Shown here: positions 1 through 11,115 of the stretch, piece after piece
Numbering within the stretch: the stretch's first letter is position 1
How the letters are laid out: every line of letters begins with the position of its first letter
Source: Anolis carolinensis
Lineage: Eukaryota
Direction: 5' to 3'
Assembly (NCBI RefSeq): GCF_035594765.1
Contig: NC_085845.1
Coordinates: 174,608,897 to 174,672,896, forward strand
DNA: 64,000 nt
Notes under the pieces: model-generated
Databases searched by the model: none
What the model was told of the DNA's origin: nothing
Seen by the model: the letters and a program-made list of their open reading frames with translations, nothing else
Translations under genes and position numbers: made by a program

Positions 1-821
1 ATCATGACACCTTCCCAAGAAGACAGTTCCAACTTTTAATTTAATGCAGTGGCTGTGTCATTTTGCCTTTCCAGCTACACTACTTCAGAGTTGAAATGAT
101 TTTTCAATGTGATGACAGCTTGAAATGAAGCAACCCTCCTTGTTGACTCCACCCTTTCCTCCTGGTTCTGCCTTGTGCATTCAGATTGACAGAGGAAACT
201 TTTTGCTCTCTGGACAAAAATGTCAGTTCTGCAAATGATCAGAGGTTGTTTCCTGAAAAACCCACAGTGTTGCTGCTGCTAGTGCTTAGACTTTTGTTTA
301 CATGGCAGCACAGTTTTCATCAAAGGAGGTCTGATGAATTGCACACTACTCAGCCCAACAAGGTTCATCCTAAGCAGATACTTATAGTGATCTGATTCCA
401 TAAAATGAAATGGTCATGTTTTCATCCCATGGAATTCAAGGATTTGCAAGTTAGAGAGGAGTATTTAGAATTCTCTGCCAGGCAGTCCTAGTGCCTCATC
501 AAACTACCAACACCAGGATTTCATAGGACACAATCATGTCAATTGAAATGGAACCAGAATACTGTATTTGTCTAGTGTGAAAGGGCCCACACTGTCACAG
601 TAGGACTACAGTACCCTTAGTCATTCTTTAGTTTTGCCCAACATGGGAGAGAAGGTGTCCCTATGCATTATTTTTAAACTGTTTTTAGCATCACCATATT
701 CCAAAATATGTCTGAGTCCTCAGGCTCTTTCTCCACAGCAAGCCTGTAGAGATCCAAATGATGGCCACGACAAGAGTAAACACACTGGATTATCCTAGGT
801 GCTGATTTACTCAATGCTTTT

Positions 822-1084
822 GCGGTGGCACAATGGCTTAAACCCTTGTGCTGACTGAACTGTTGACCTGAAGGTTGGGTTGCTGAACTGAAGGTTGACG
901 GTTTGAATCTGCGAGACAGGGTGAGCTCTCATCTGTCAGCTCTAACTTGCAGGGACATGAGAGAAACCTCCCAACTAACACATCTGGGTGTCCCTTAGGC
1001 AGCATCCCTGTAGACTGCCAATTCTCTCATACCAGAAGCAATTTGCAGTATGTTCTCAAGTTGCTTCTGATACAGTAAAAAAAA
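822..1084 (+). mobile_element. tRNA-derived SINE (same family as 42968 and 44531)
   Basis: gtggcacaatggcttaaacccttgtg head, duplicated gacctgaaggtt unit, A-tail. Confidence 0.8.
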
Positions 1085-1149
1085 CCTTAAATGCCAATTT
1101 CTTCAGTGGGTCTACTTTAAATAGAGTGTAGCATCTGCATTTAGTGAGC

Positions 1150-1340
1150 TAGCAATGTGCAATGGTTTGAGCACTGGACTATGATTCTGAAGACTAGGGT
1201 TCAATTCCCTGCTTGGCCATATAAACTCATTAGATGACTGTGGACGAGTCACACACTCTTAATCCAGAAACCTCCATGTTACATTCATTTTAGGATCACC
1301 ATAAGTCAGAAATGACTTGAAGATACAGAATACCAACAAC
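1150..1340 (+). mobile_element. Older tRNA/CORE-like SINE with (CAA)n tail
   Basis: Box A/B-like head (gcaatggtttgagc; gggttcaattccc), tail aaatgacttgaag...caacaac; related copies at about 29545-29765, 32050-32160 and 44390-44520 (minus). Confidence 0.65.
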
Positions 1341-4135
1341 CCACCTGGGTTTAGGCCACGACTCATGCTACAAATTAAAGAGATTTGGAGCTTCTAAGCA
1401 TAACTCACTCCTGTTTTGGCTGTGCAGCAGGAAATAAAAAGAGGGCCCATGGAGAACAGATAGTATGGAACAGGAAGACACCAAAATGATATTGCTTTGA
1501 CCTCTGCAGAAATACCTGCAATGCAGTTGAGCCAGAATTTATTGTGGGTTGTGGGCTGTCTCTCCCATAGAGGACTCAGAGAAGAAACACAATGATACAT
1601 CACACTCTTGTAGCACTTCTCTATGACTTCGTCTTTATTCAATACAGGATTTGTGGATACACCCAATGGAAAAATTCTTGATTTGATTAGTATACAAGCA
1701 AAGCTATAGCCAGTTAACAATCTTTCAGACATAACAATTAGAGGGAAATTGCAAGTTGCACCTGGATGGATGAGAATTTGATTTTTTTAATAAGACCTTT
1801 ATAATATTTGTACAGTTCTTCATAAACATGGCCAAGAGAACTTGAGCTTTCTAAAAATAGAGAAAAGAATCATCATTATAGTCAGTTAATCTTTGAATAT
1901 TTGGTCCTTAAAATCTGGCTTTCAGTATCTGTGCATTCAGCCTTGTTTGCAGGCCTGAATTAGAACTGACACTTCTTTTCTCTAACAGTCTTCTCAACCT
2001 TAATAGCTACATGGCAGGTGGGTAGACAACATGGCCCTCTCAGGTGTCTAGAAGATTTGGAGAGTAAAGATTATTCAGGATTTATTTGGTTTCTTTTTTA
2101 ATAAGAGTTTACATTAATTTTAGAAGTTCCTCTTCAGAAGAATTGAAAGAATTTTTTTTTAAAACAATTGGATAATGAGAGAAATGAAACGGGAACACTG
2201 CCATCCTTCCTATACCCATGGTAAAGTTTGAGAAGTGAACATGTACAATATTTTAGAGCTATTCTCTCTCAATCTCATTCTCTATCAGGGTGTATTCACA
2301 CTTTAGAATTACTGCAGTTTCAGCCCACTTTAACTGTTATGGTTCAATGCTATGGACTCCTGCGATTTTTAGTTTGGTGAGACATCAGTACTTTTAGCAG
2401 AAAAGGCTAGAGCCTGTGTAAAACTGCAACTCCTATGACTCCATAGCATTGGACCGAGGCAGTTAATGTGGTATCCAACAATGCACCCTCAGTCCTTGAT
2501 TCATGAAAAAGGCAGATACCAGAGCTGTCTAGACATAATGCCTTCTGATCTACAGGCCTTTTTTGTTATTCCTACTGCTGTGGTCATAGTGGATGGGATA
2601 GCTAGTTGTCTATTATTGTTGTTTCATTTTTAAATGAAAAGGAGCACTAGAAGCTGGTTTCAGAATCAGAAAATTGGAGTGGCAAAGGTTGTTTAATCCT
2701 TTCCCAGGTTTATGATGTCGTAAATCCATAATTTTGGCTGGTAAAAACCATTTCCCCAACTACTCCAGCCATGAAGGAAAACATGCATGTAATCCTAAAT
2801 TTTTCTGCAGTGAAATAGAATATCCATCTATATGTGGAATTTTAATTTTAGTTGGTTTTTTAAAAATCTGACAAAGTGAACCAGGTTTCTTATATGCCCA
2901 TTTCCAGCCTGCTACAGCTACTTGTTTTTCTTTTTCTTCCAAAGTAAGAGGTATACATTTGCATGTCACTTTTTGCTTGGCCTTCAATAGTGAAAGAAAT
3001 GCATTATGAAGCTGTACAGGAGTGTTTACATACATTCTTATGTCTACTGTTCCAGGTTTATGCCATCACATTAAAAACAGAGTCTGAGAGACCATTTACT
3101 GCATGAACCATGGCACAAATAAAACATCGCCAGCCTAAGAAGAATGTGCTCTTTTCCATTAGCACATGCCATTGCATTTTTTTTTTAGAATTTTGAAAAA
3201 ACCCTTTATTTGCATTATCAAAATGTAAAGCAAAAAAGTTTAGTGTTGACAATGTCGTGCTCCATACGTCAAGCTTTCATTGCATAGAATGAAATAAAAT
3301 GCCATTGCATTTTGAAGTGCTCCTCAAACAAGGCTGGAACTTGTCGAATGAGAAGGATATACTGTAATCTTATGCCACCATTATATATCTGCATGCACCA
3401 AATGGGTGAAGAAGCTATACAGAATGCATGGGTTAGTGATGGCCTTCAATACTCCAACTGGGCACTAGCCTTATCTCATTGTTGACATATGATTGTCAAT
3501 AGTATGGGCTGTATAATATATGCAGAATTTGGAAAAAATACTTTTTGGTCTAGAACTGACAAAATCCCCAATCAGACTGAATGCTGCAAATTGTAGTCCA
3601 AATGGAAACATCCCCATGCTTTTTCATTGAGAATCCTCCTCATATGTCTCTATCAGGCATCCTTCACAGGGGCAGGATGGTGAACTGCCCAGATTTTTCA
3701 TCCCTAAGATGAAAAATCCTTTAGAACACACATTGCCCTGCATGCATGCTGGTATCATATAGAGCATGTTCTGTAATAAATATACATTTAGTACTCTCAG
3801 GGATGGCATAGGGATGAAAAATTCTCTTTCATGCTGCACAATTATAGTATTTTTATGGTACTTTAATTGCCATTGGGGTCCAAAGAGGTCCTGGGTTTTT
3901 CAGTTTAGTGAAGCATTAGACCTCTCTGGAAGAAAACTTGAACTGACTCATGAAACAACAAATCACAAGATTCCATATGACTGAGCCATGGCAGTTATAG
4001 CGGCATCAAAGTGTTATCATTTCAGAATGTGAAAGAGACCTCACCAATCCATTTTTGACTTTAGGTTCTTTCTATCCCTAATGTGAAATCATTTTCAAAT
4101 TTTGACAAATTCTTCAAAAACAAACAGAAACGAAA

Positions 4136-4442
4136 CCCCAAGGACAGCTAATGACTGCCCCCCAGGCAAGAGACAAACCTTTCCAATGCTAACTAGGGTG
4201 ATTAACTGAAACATTAATGCTGGCTTCCAACTCACAAAGGACTCTTGTCACACCCTGGACTCTCCACAGATATATATTTTTTTCCTTTCCTTGCCTAGTT
4301 TATCCATTCCTCACAACCTCTGAGGATGCCTGCCATAGATGTGGACGAAACGTCAGGAGAGAATACTTCTGGAACATGGCCACATAGCCCGAAAGACATA
4401 CAACAACCCTGTGATCCCGGCCATGAAAGCCTTCGACAACAC
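4136..4442 (+). mobile_element. Penelope-like retroelement terminal fragment
   Basis: Resembles the lizard Penelope end (...ccggccatgaaagccttcgacaacac); contains a hammerhead motif; flanked by a 12-bp direct repeat ACAGAAA(C/T)GAAA at 4124-4135 and 4443-4454. Confidence 0.8.
4317..4357 (+). ncRNA. Minimal type I hammerhead ribozyme motif
   Basis: CCU - CUGAGGA(U) - GCCUGC/GUGGAC stem II - GAAAC - GUC - AGG; complete catalytic core with palindromic ACGU in place of stem III. Confidence 0.8.
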
Positions 4443-5202
4443 ACAGAAATGAAATTCTCCCTCATTTGCTCTGGCCAAATTAAATAGGTGCAGATATTTC
4501 TAACATGGAGAGGATGATGTCATAACTGCTTGTAACAGAGTTGTTAATTAGAAGAAACTTGCAACAAATACTGATGATTTCCATGTCAGTGGGACACTGA
4601 ATGCACTTCAAATTTTTATCCACATTTAAAGGTGCATTCCAAGATACTGACACTTATCCCTAAGGAGATTCAGCTTTTTTAAATAGCTCATCTAAAGCTG
4701 AAGAGACAAGTACTACACTTCCATAGATGAAGCTATCAATTTTAGTTTCTCTACATGTTTGAATTTTTTAATTTTATATTCTTTGATTCCCAAATATGAA
4801 GACATTTCTGTGGAATGTGAAAGCAATAAGGGCGACTCCCCCCCATCCCCCTGAAATGGTTTTCTGCATTTTCAGCTAAAATTGACCAAAATGCAACGTG
4901 AAAGTAACCATGCGTAACTTCCCTTTTCTATTTCCAGTGGGTTTGGTTTTTGCCTGTTTTTCAGGCCATTGCTGGGAAAATAAATAGCCTGGGGGATTAG
5001 GAGATGTTTGACAGAACATCATACATTTGTGCATCTTCTGTAAATTGTGGGTGATCTATAAAGTTTATGGGGACTTGAGAGATAGGGGTTACATGGAGCC
5101 CATAAGCTGCACTTTCTCCACCCCTAATTATATTGGAATTTCAAAAGGCTGTCCCAAGTATTAGCCTAACTCTAAACATTTTGCTGCCTGAGATAACATG
5201 GA

Positions 5203-5688
5203 ATGAGAGCGGGGGGCCTTTTCAGTGGCTGCTCCACAACTCTGGAACTCCCTGCCCAAGGAAGCCAAAGTGGCCCCTTCCTGCTGTCCCTCCAGCAGCA
5301 GGCTTTTAAAGATAGAGGATTTTAAGATTAATTCAGGGGATGCTCTGGTTTTTAACTTTTAATATGCTTTAATAGTTTTTAACTGTAAGTTTTTAATACA
5401 GAATTATATTTAATTCTTTTTTAATGTTTGCATTTGTATAGTTGTCTATTTTAAATTGTATGTTAATACTTTTATGTTAAGCCACTTTGAGTCTCCTTTG
5501 GGAGAAATGAAGTGGTGTATGAGTATTATAACAACAACAACATATTCTACGAAATTATATTTAATTCTGTTTTATTGTTTGCATTTGTATAGTTGTCTAT
5601 TTTAAATTGTATGTTAATACTTTTATATTAAGCCACTTTGAGTCTCCTTTGGGAGAAATGAAGTGGTGTATGAGTATTATAACAACAA
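5203..5688 (+). mobile_element. L2 LINE 3' end with duplicated tail
   Basis: gccttttcagtggctgctcc...ctctggaactccctgccc L2 C-terminal motif; T-rich UTR; terminal stem-loop ccactttgagtctc...aagtgg; (ACA)n; the last ~136 bp occur twice. Confidence 0.7.
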
Positions 5689-6365
5689 TGAAAACTAAAG
5701 GCAGCAGGATGGCTTATGGGATGCTGGGTAAGCTATGTGACAGTCACAACTATGTCCTTTAAAAAAGGAAAAAAGATTAAGGTATTTAGAAGAAGAGCTG
5801 GAGGTTGCTGGTGCAATTACCTTCAGCATCCACCGCCTAAGACAATTGCCTCCTTAGGCCTCATGCTAGCCCAGCTAATTGGAGCTTGCTTTTTAGATCC
5901 ATGGCTGCAGAAAACGTGGCATTGATTTTACACCACTTTGTCTCTGTTTGTTTGTTCATATTTCATACCACTCCCTCATCACACACACTATAACAATCTT
6001 CTTTCCTATGAATCATGAGCCATTGTCCAACAAAGTAAAGTTATCAAGAATTTCTCTTATTTCGTCAATGTTCTTCTTCAAATGGCAAGGATGAGAAACA
6101 GGAAATGCTCAAAACTGACACCTCCCTTTTGACCTCTTTTTCCACACAGGATGGATAAACCTGAGCAATAGCACCTCCAGCTGGAAAGAGAATAAAAGTT
6201 CAAAACATTGAAATTCTCAGAAATTTTTTGTTTCTAAATCCAACTGTCAGTCCTAACTAACTAATGTAGATCTGACAAGTCAATAGGAACCTGATTAGTC
6301 AATATTTAGTCCTCTCCTGTTGAAATGAACTGGATTAAGTCTTAAACAAACCTATGTTATGCCAG

Positions 6366-6443
6366 GGAGGAGGAGGAGGAGGAGGAGGAGGAGGAGGAGG
6401 AGGAGGAGGAGGAGGAGGAGGAGGAGGAGGAGGAGGAGGAGGA
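6366..6443 (+). repeat. (GGA)26 microsatellite
   Basis: Perfect trinucleotide run. Confidence 0.97.
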
Positions 6444-7209
6444 GAATACACACGCTAGAATATAACAATGCAACAATTGCTATAGAACAGCCCTGTGCAT
6501 CTTACATACTGTTACAATAGATATATCTGTATGCCACATCAGTGTATCTTAAACTATTTGATGTCGTGAAACAGTATTTTCTTCCTCAATGTGCTAGGAA
6601 CTGGTGTTATATTTGTGCCCAGTTGCTACAATTCATTCTTGCTTGTTTGCCTGCCTGCAAACCCACAAGGGACCAGCAATTGATGATTCATATACTGGCA
6701 CTAATCTATTTTGAGATGCATTGCTGTAAATGATATTATTTATTCAAAGGAAGGAACAAGCAACAGGCTTGGAGGAACCCCAACCAGGCACTCTCCAACA
6801 GCTGCTGAGAGGCCCTCCTGCCATCTTTAACTGCCATTGTTTTCTGTTGCCTCACTGGCTGTCCTTGCCATTATGGAGCCACGGCCCAGCTCCATGACTG
6901 CAATGTGGAGAGCTGTTGCCTGTTGCTGCAGCTGCCACTGATTTCGAGATCACGGTTGCACGATCTTGGAGGCCTGACATCACCCAGAAGCCACAGCGGC
7001 TTACCATCGCCTCCATTTTCCATTGGTTTACCGTCAGCAATGCGAGGTCTTGGACTCTCCTTTTCCTTTCCATTTAACACAGAGAAGCTCATCCAGGGTT
7101 GAATCCAACAAACAGGACTTTTTAAGAAGCAGAGACATCTATAGGGTGATTTGAAGAACTTGGCAATCTTCTAAAGTGATAAACTGACTTGGGGGGAGGG
7201 GGCAGCAGA

Positions 7210-7889
7210 ACTTGCCAGTGTGATGTCTCTGCTCTTCACTATTTTGTCAAGGTTGGCCATTGCTCTCCTCCCAAGAAGTAAACTTCTTCTGATTTCCTGG
7301 CTGCAGTCTGCATCTGCAGTGATCTTCGCACCTAGAAATATAAAGTCTGTCACTGCCCCTCCACGTTTTCTCCCTCTATTTGCCAGTTATCAGTAGGTGT
7401 AGTTGCCATGATCTTGGTTTTCTTGACGTTTAACTGCAACCCAGCTTTTGCACTTTCTTCTTTCACCTTGGTAATAAGGCTCCTCAGCTCCTCCTCACTT
7501 TCAGCCATCAGAGTGGTATCATCTGCATACCTAAGGTTGTTAGTGTTTCTTCCAGCGATTTTAACTCTGGCCTTAGATTCCTCAAGCCCCGCATGTCGCA
7601 TGATGTGTTCTGCATACAAGTTGAATAGGGAGGGTGAAGGTATGCAGCCCTGCCGCACTCCTTTCCCAATCTTGAACCAGTCTGTTGTTCCGTGATCTGT
7701 TCTTACTGTGGCTACTTGGTCTTTATACAGATTTCTCAGGAGACAGACAAGGTGACTTGGTATCCCCATACCACCAAGAACATGCCATAGTTTATTATGA
7801 TCCACACAGTTGAAGGCTTTAGAATAGTCAATAAAGCAGAAGTAGATGTTTTTCTGAAACTCCCTGGCTTCCTCCATTATCCAGCGGAA
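7210..7889 (-). mobile_element. RTE-BovB LINE, internal reverse-transcriptase fragment
   Basis: Translates as WIMEEAREFQKNIYFCFIDYSKAF...GVRQGC...NNLRYADDTTLMAESEEEL...; one frameshift near 7355, then TDFIFLGAKIT...KSRDITL; matches the BovB ORF. Confidence 0.93.
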
Positions 7890-8534
7890 TAAATAATAAA
7901 TAAACCCCAAGATTTGCAAACCTTTGGGGTGGGGTGTTCTAGGCAAAAAGAAGTCTAGTGAGGAGTTAATGGAGGACTAAGCTCATTCAATGGCCATAAA
8001 TTACCAAAAGACTGAAAACTATGGTTGCCATAGAGGAAAAAGAATGAATATTATTAGCTTTGAAAAAAGCATTGCTGGCTGGCTTGTATCATGAACATCA
8101 GGAGGTTTTTTTTGTACACATATCTTTTTGTATACTGTCTTCAGTATGAATGAAACTCAAGTGCACTAGAAACTCGATGTGCAACAGTTTACAGTTTCTT
8201 TCACACTCAAGCTAGTGTACAAAATGATCAATCAACTGAAGATCTATTGAAAATAATAGATAATACAAATGAAAGGAAGTTCCCATTTATGTCCAAGAGC
8301 ACAAACTAGTAAAATACCCAAAAGGTTGGAAAAAGTGTTTCATGGGTTACCCAACATCACCCAGTCACAGTATCTTAAGAGAATCCAGAGATGTTGTCTT
8401 ATAATCATAATGCAGCTTTAAAAATGTTCTAAATGCTAAAGTTGCTCTAAATAAAAAATTACAAAATTGCTACCTGGAAATAAAAAACCTGGTTGATTTG
8501 ACCAACAGACATTGGGGCCCATGCAGGTTTCTCC

Positions 8535-8650
8535 AGAGCTAGGAAATGTTACTTTTATAAAAAGGCAACTCCCAGAAACACCCATCAGCATGGCCTCTGC
8601 CTGAGTAATTCTGGTTGTTGTAGTCTTAGATGGTAATTTTCCAAAGCTTT
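8535..8650. mobile_element. About 115-bp old palindromic MITE (CAGAGCTTGGAAAAGTTAC-type ends)
   Basis: Inverted ends; many decayed copies (about 3525, 28215, 28580, 41515, 47845, 57500, 63345). Confidence 0.55.
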
Positions 8651-9229
8651 GGGTTTATATCAGGGCTGGAAACACCATCTTGTCAGGTGAAATAATGGTT
8701 GTCTACATGAGGGGATTTCAGCAGGTGTTGATCACCACTAACAGAGCCTTCTGAAATTTCCTCTTCTAGACAAACATGAAAGACACAGGAACTCTGTCCC
8801 TTATTTTTTTTCCTGCCAATCCTACACTGGATACTAATCCCTATCAAACCCATCTAACTGGCCATTGGTGGAAGACTATGGAAGAGGCAACATATTAACA
8901 TCTGGAGGGTCACATATTCTGTAGCCATTGTTGGTTGTGGATCAAAGGGGCAGAAAAACATAATGCACCACATTCCCATTAACTATGTAACCCCCAAGGG
9001 GTTCTTCTCACAGTCTCCTTCTCCCTTCCCAGGATCTGTAGGATGGAAAGAGACACTGGAGACCTGTTGACTGCAGGGGCATCTCATCAGCACAGCATTC
9101 CTAGCAACAAGGAAAGCAAACAGCCGAGTTGATGAGGGAAAAGAGATGTACTTCCTTACACGTCCACCAAACTCTAACCTAGGAGATCATTATTGTTTTT
9201 CTTCAATATCTTCTAAGTTATACTCTAGA

Positions 9230-9840
9230 CAGAGCCGTCCTTAGGTAATTTTCTTGAGTAGGCAATAAGATTCCCCCCCCCTGAATTTTGGCACCCCCAC
9301 CCCAAACTGGGGCAGTGCTGAGCAGCAGGGAGGGGAGGGGAGGATCAGGGCCTTCCGGGGCTTCCGCTCCTGGGACCCGCAACCCCCACAAACTTACAAC
9401 GAGGCACAGTGCTTGGCGCTGGGGGACCTGATCGCTTTCCAGGCTTTCCTGCAGCAGGAGAAGCGGGCGCCCGCGTCTCTTCTCTTCCTTCCTTTTTGGC
9501 GGAAAGACGCCTTCCTTCTAGGCGGGAAGACATTCCTGGGTGCTTTGCAGAGGACAGAAGCGGTGCCTGCCTTTCTTCTCTGCAAAGCGCCCAGGAACGC
9601 CTTCCTTCTCAGTGGGAAGACATTCCTGGGCACTTTGCAGGAAAGCCTGGAAAGCCGCCTGCCAAGCGCTGCGCCTCGCTGTAAGTCTGCAGGGGTAGCA
9701 GGTCCCAGGAGCGGAAGCCCCAGAAAGATGCGTCCTCCAGGCACTGGGACAGATTCGCCATGGGGTGGGCCCTCAATGGCGCCCCTACAAGGTGGTGCCA
9801 CAGCAAGTGCCTAGTTGGCCTGGCGGTTGAACTGCCTCTA
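9230..9840. mobile_element. GC-rich non-autonomous hAT-type element inserted in L1
   Basis: 8-bp TSD ACTCTAGA at 9222-29 and 9841-48; imperfect CAGAGCCG/TAGAGGCA termini; internal inverted and direct repeats. Confidence 0.75.
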
Positions 9841-9848
9841 ACTCTAGA

Positions 9849-11115
9849 ATATATTTGTATAACCTGGAGATCAATCCTTTATTTTCTTTCTCCAAAATTC
9901 TCAAACTCTGATTTCCTTTTGGAAATGCAACTTTAAAATCTTTCCTAAATATATCCTGTAGTTGATGATACCTAAACCAGTTATTTATCTTTAGCTCTTC
10001 TCTACCTTTTAATTTCATTGTCCTTTTTCATCTGTTAGATATTCCCTATATGTTCTTCATTCCTTATTATATGTTGGTTATAGTACTGCTTCCAGAGGAT
10101 ACTATCATAAAGGGGTCTTTGGCTCCATCCCTTCATTATATTTTTTCCATAATGCTAGAAAGCTAACTCTTATCGGGTGCCTATTAAAGTCTTTGTTAGC
10201 CTTATCTTTCCCGTACTATAAATAGACATGCCAGCCGAATCTTAGATTATGCCCGTCTAGGTTGAGTAAAGCATGATTTCATAACTTTATCCTGTCCTTT
10301 AACCAACTAAAGCCTATGGCTTCATAATAATATTTAATATCTGGAAGTGCTACTCCTCCTCTATCTTTGGCATCTATTAAATTTCTATACACAATTCTAG
10401 CATTTTTCCATTCCAAATAAATTTGACGATATCCTTTCTCCATTCATCAAAGACCGTCACTCCCTTGATTATTTGTAAATTTTGAAATAAGAGCAGCATT
10501 TTTGATAAAATCACAATTTATAGTGCTGCTATTCGCCTCAACCAGGATAATTGAATCCTTTGTCATCTTTCCAGATCTTTTTTAACCTCCTTCCATGCCT
10601 TCCCATAGTTGTCTTGAAATAGATTATTATTATTAGTTATTCATATTCCTAAGTACTTAACTTTCCTTGTGACCTTACATGCTGATAAGCTCTCCAGTTT
10701 ATCAATATTGTTTTTCAGAGTTTTTTTAGTTAAAAAACATCCATTTTTCTTTGTTTATTTTAAAGTCAGCCACATTTCTATAGTTACTATTTACATCAAT
10801 TTTGGTATACTCTTTATAGGATCTTCTGTAATGAACATCAAGTCATCTACATATAGCTTTGAATGCTTGCCCTTTTATTTTCACTCCTTTGATATGTCTG
10901 TCCTCCATAATCTTAATATTTAGCCCTTCTAATATCCATATAAATAAGAGGGAAGACAAGTGGTGCCCTTGTCTTGTTCCTTTTTGTATTTTTACCCAAT
11001 TTGACATTGACTGTTTATCCTTAGTTTTGCTTTTTGGTTACAATAAGTTGTGCTCACTGAATTTCTAAATTGTTGGCCTACCCCATATTGAATCAGTACT
11101 TTAAAAATATCTTAA
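9849..11115 (-). mobile_element. Degraded L1-clade LINE ORF2 fragment (continues left of the hAT insertion to about 9150)
   Basis: Minus-strand translation gives GTRQGHHLSSLLF (GTRQGCPLSPLLF-like), YVDD and RGGVALPDIKYYYEA, with many stops and frameshifts; A-rich on the minus strand. Confidence 0.8.

Noticed and set aside
7350-7946. 198-aa reverse transcriptase ORF as a functional gene or retron-like system
   Set aside because: Truncated, frameshifted BovB LINE fragment; its N-terminus comes from flanking DNA.
9345-9814. Several overlapping 60-135 aa ORFs on both strands
   Set aside because: They lie within a GC-rich, internally repeated hAT element; stop-poor composition explains them and no protein motif is recognisable.
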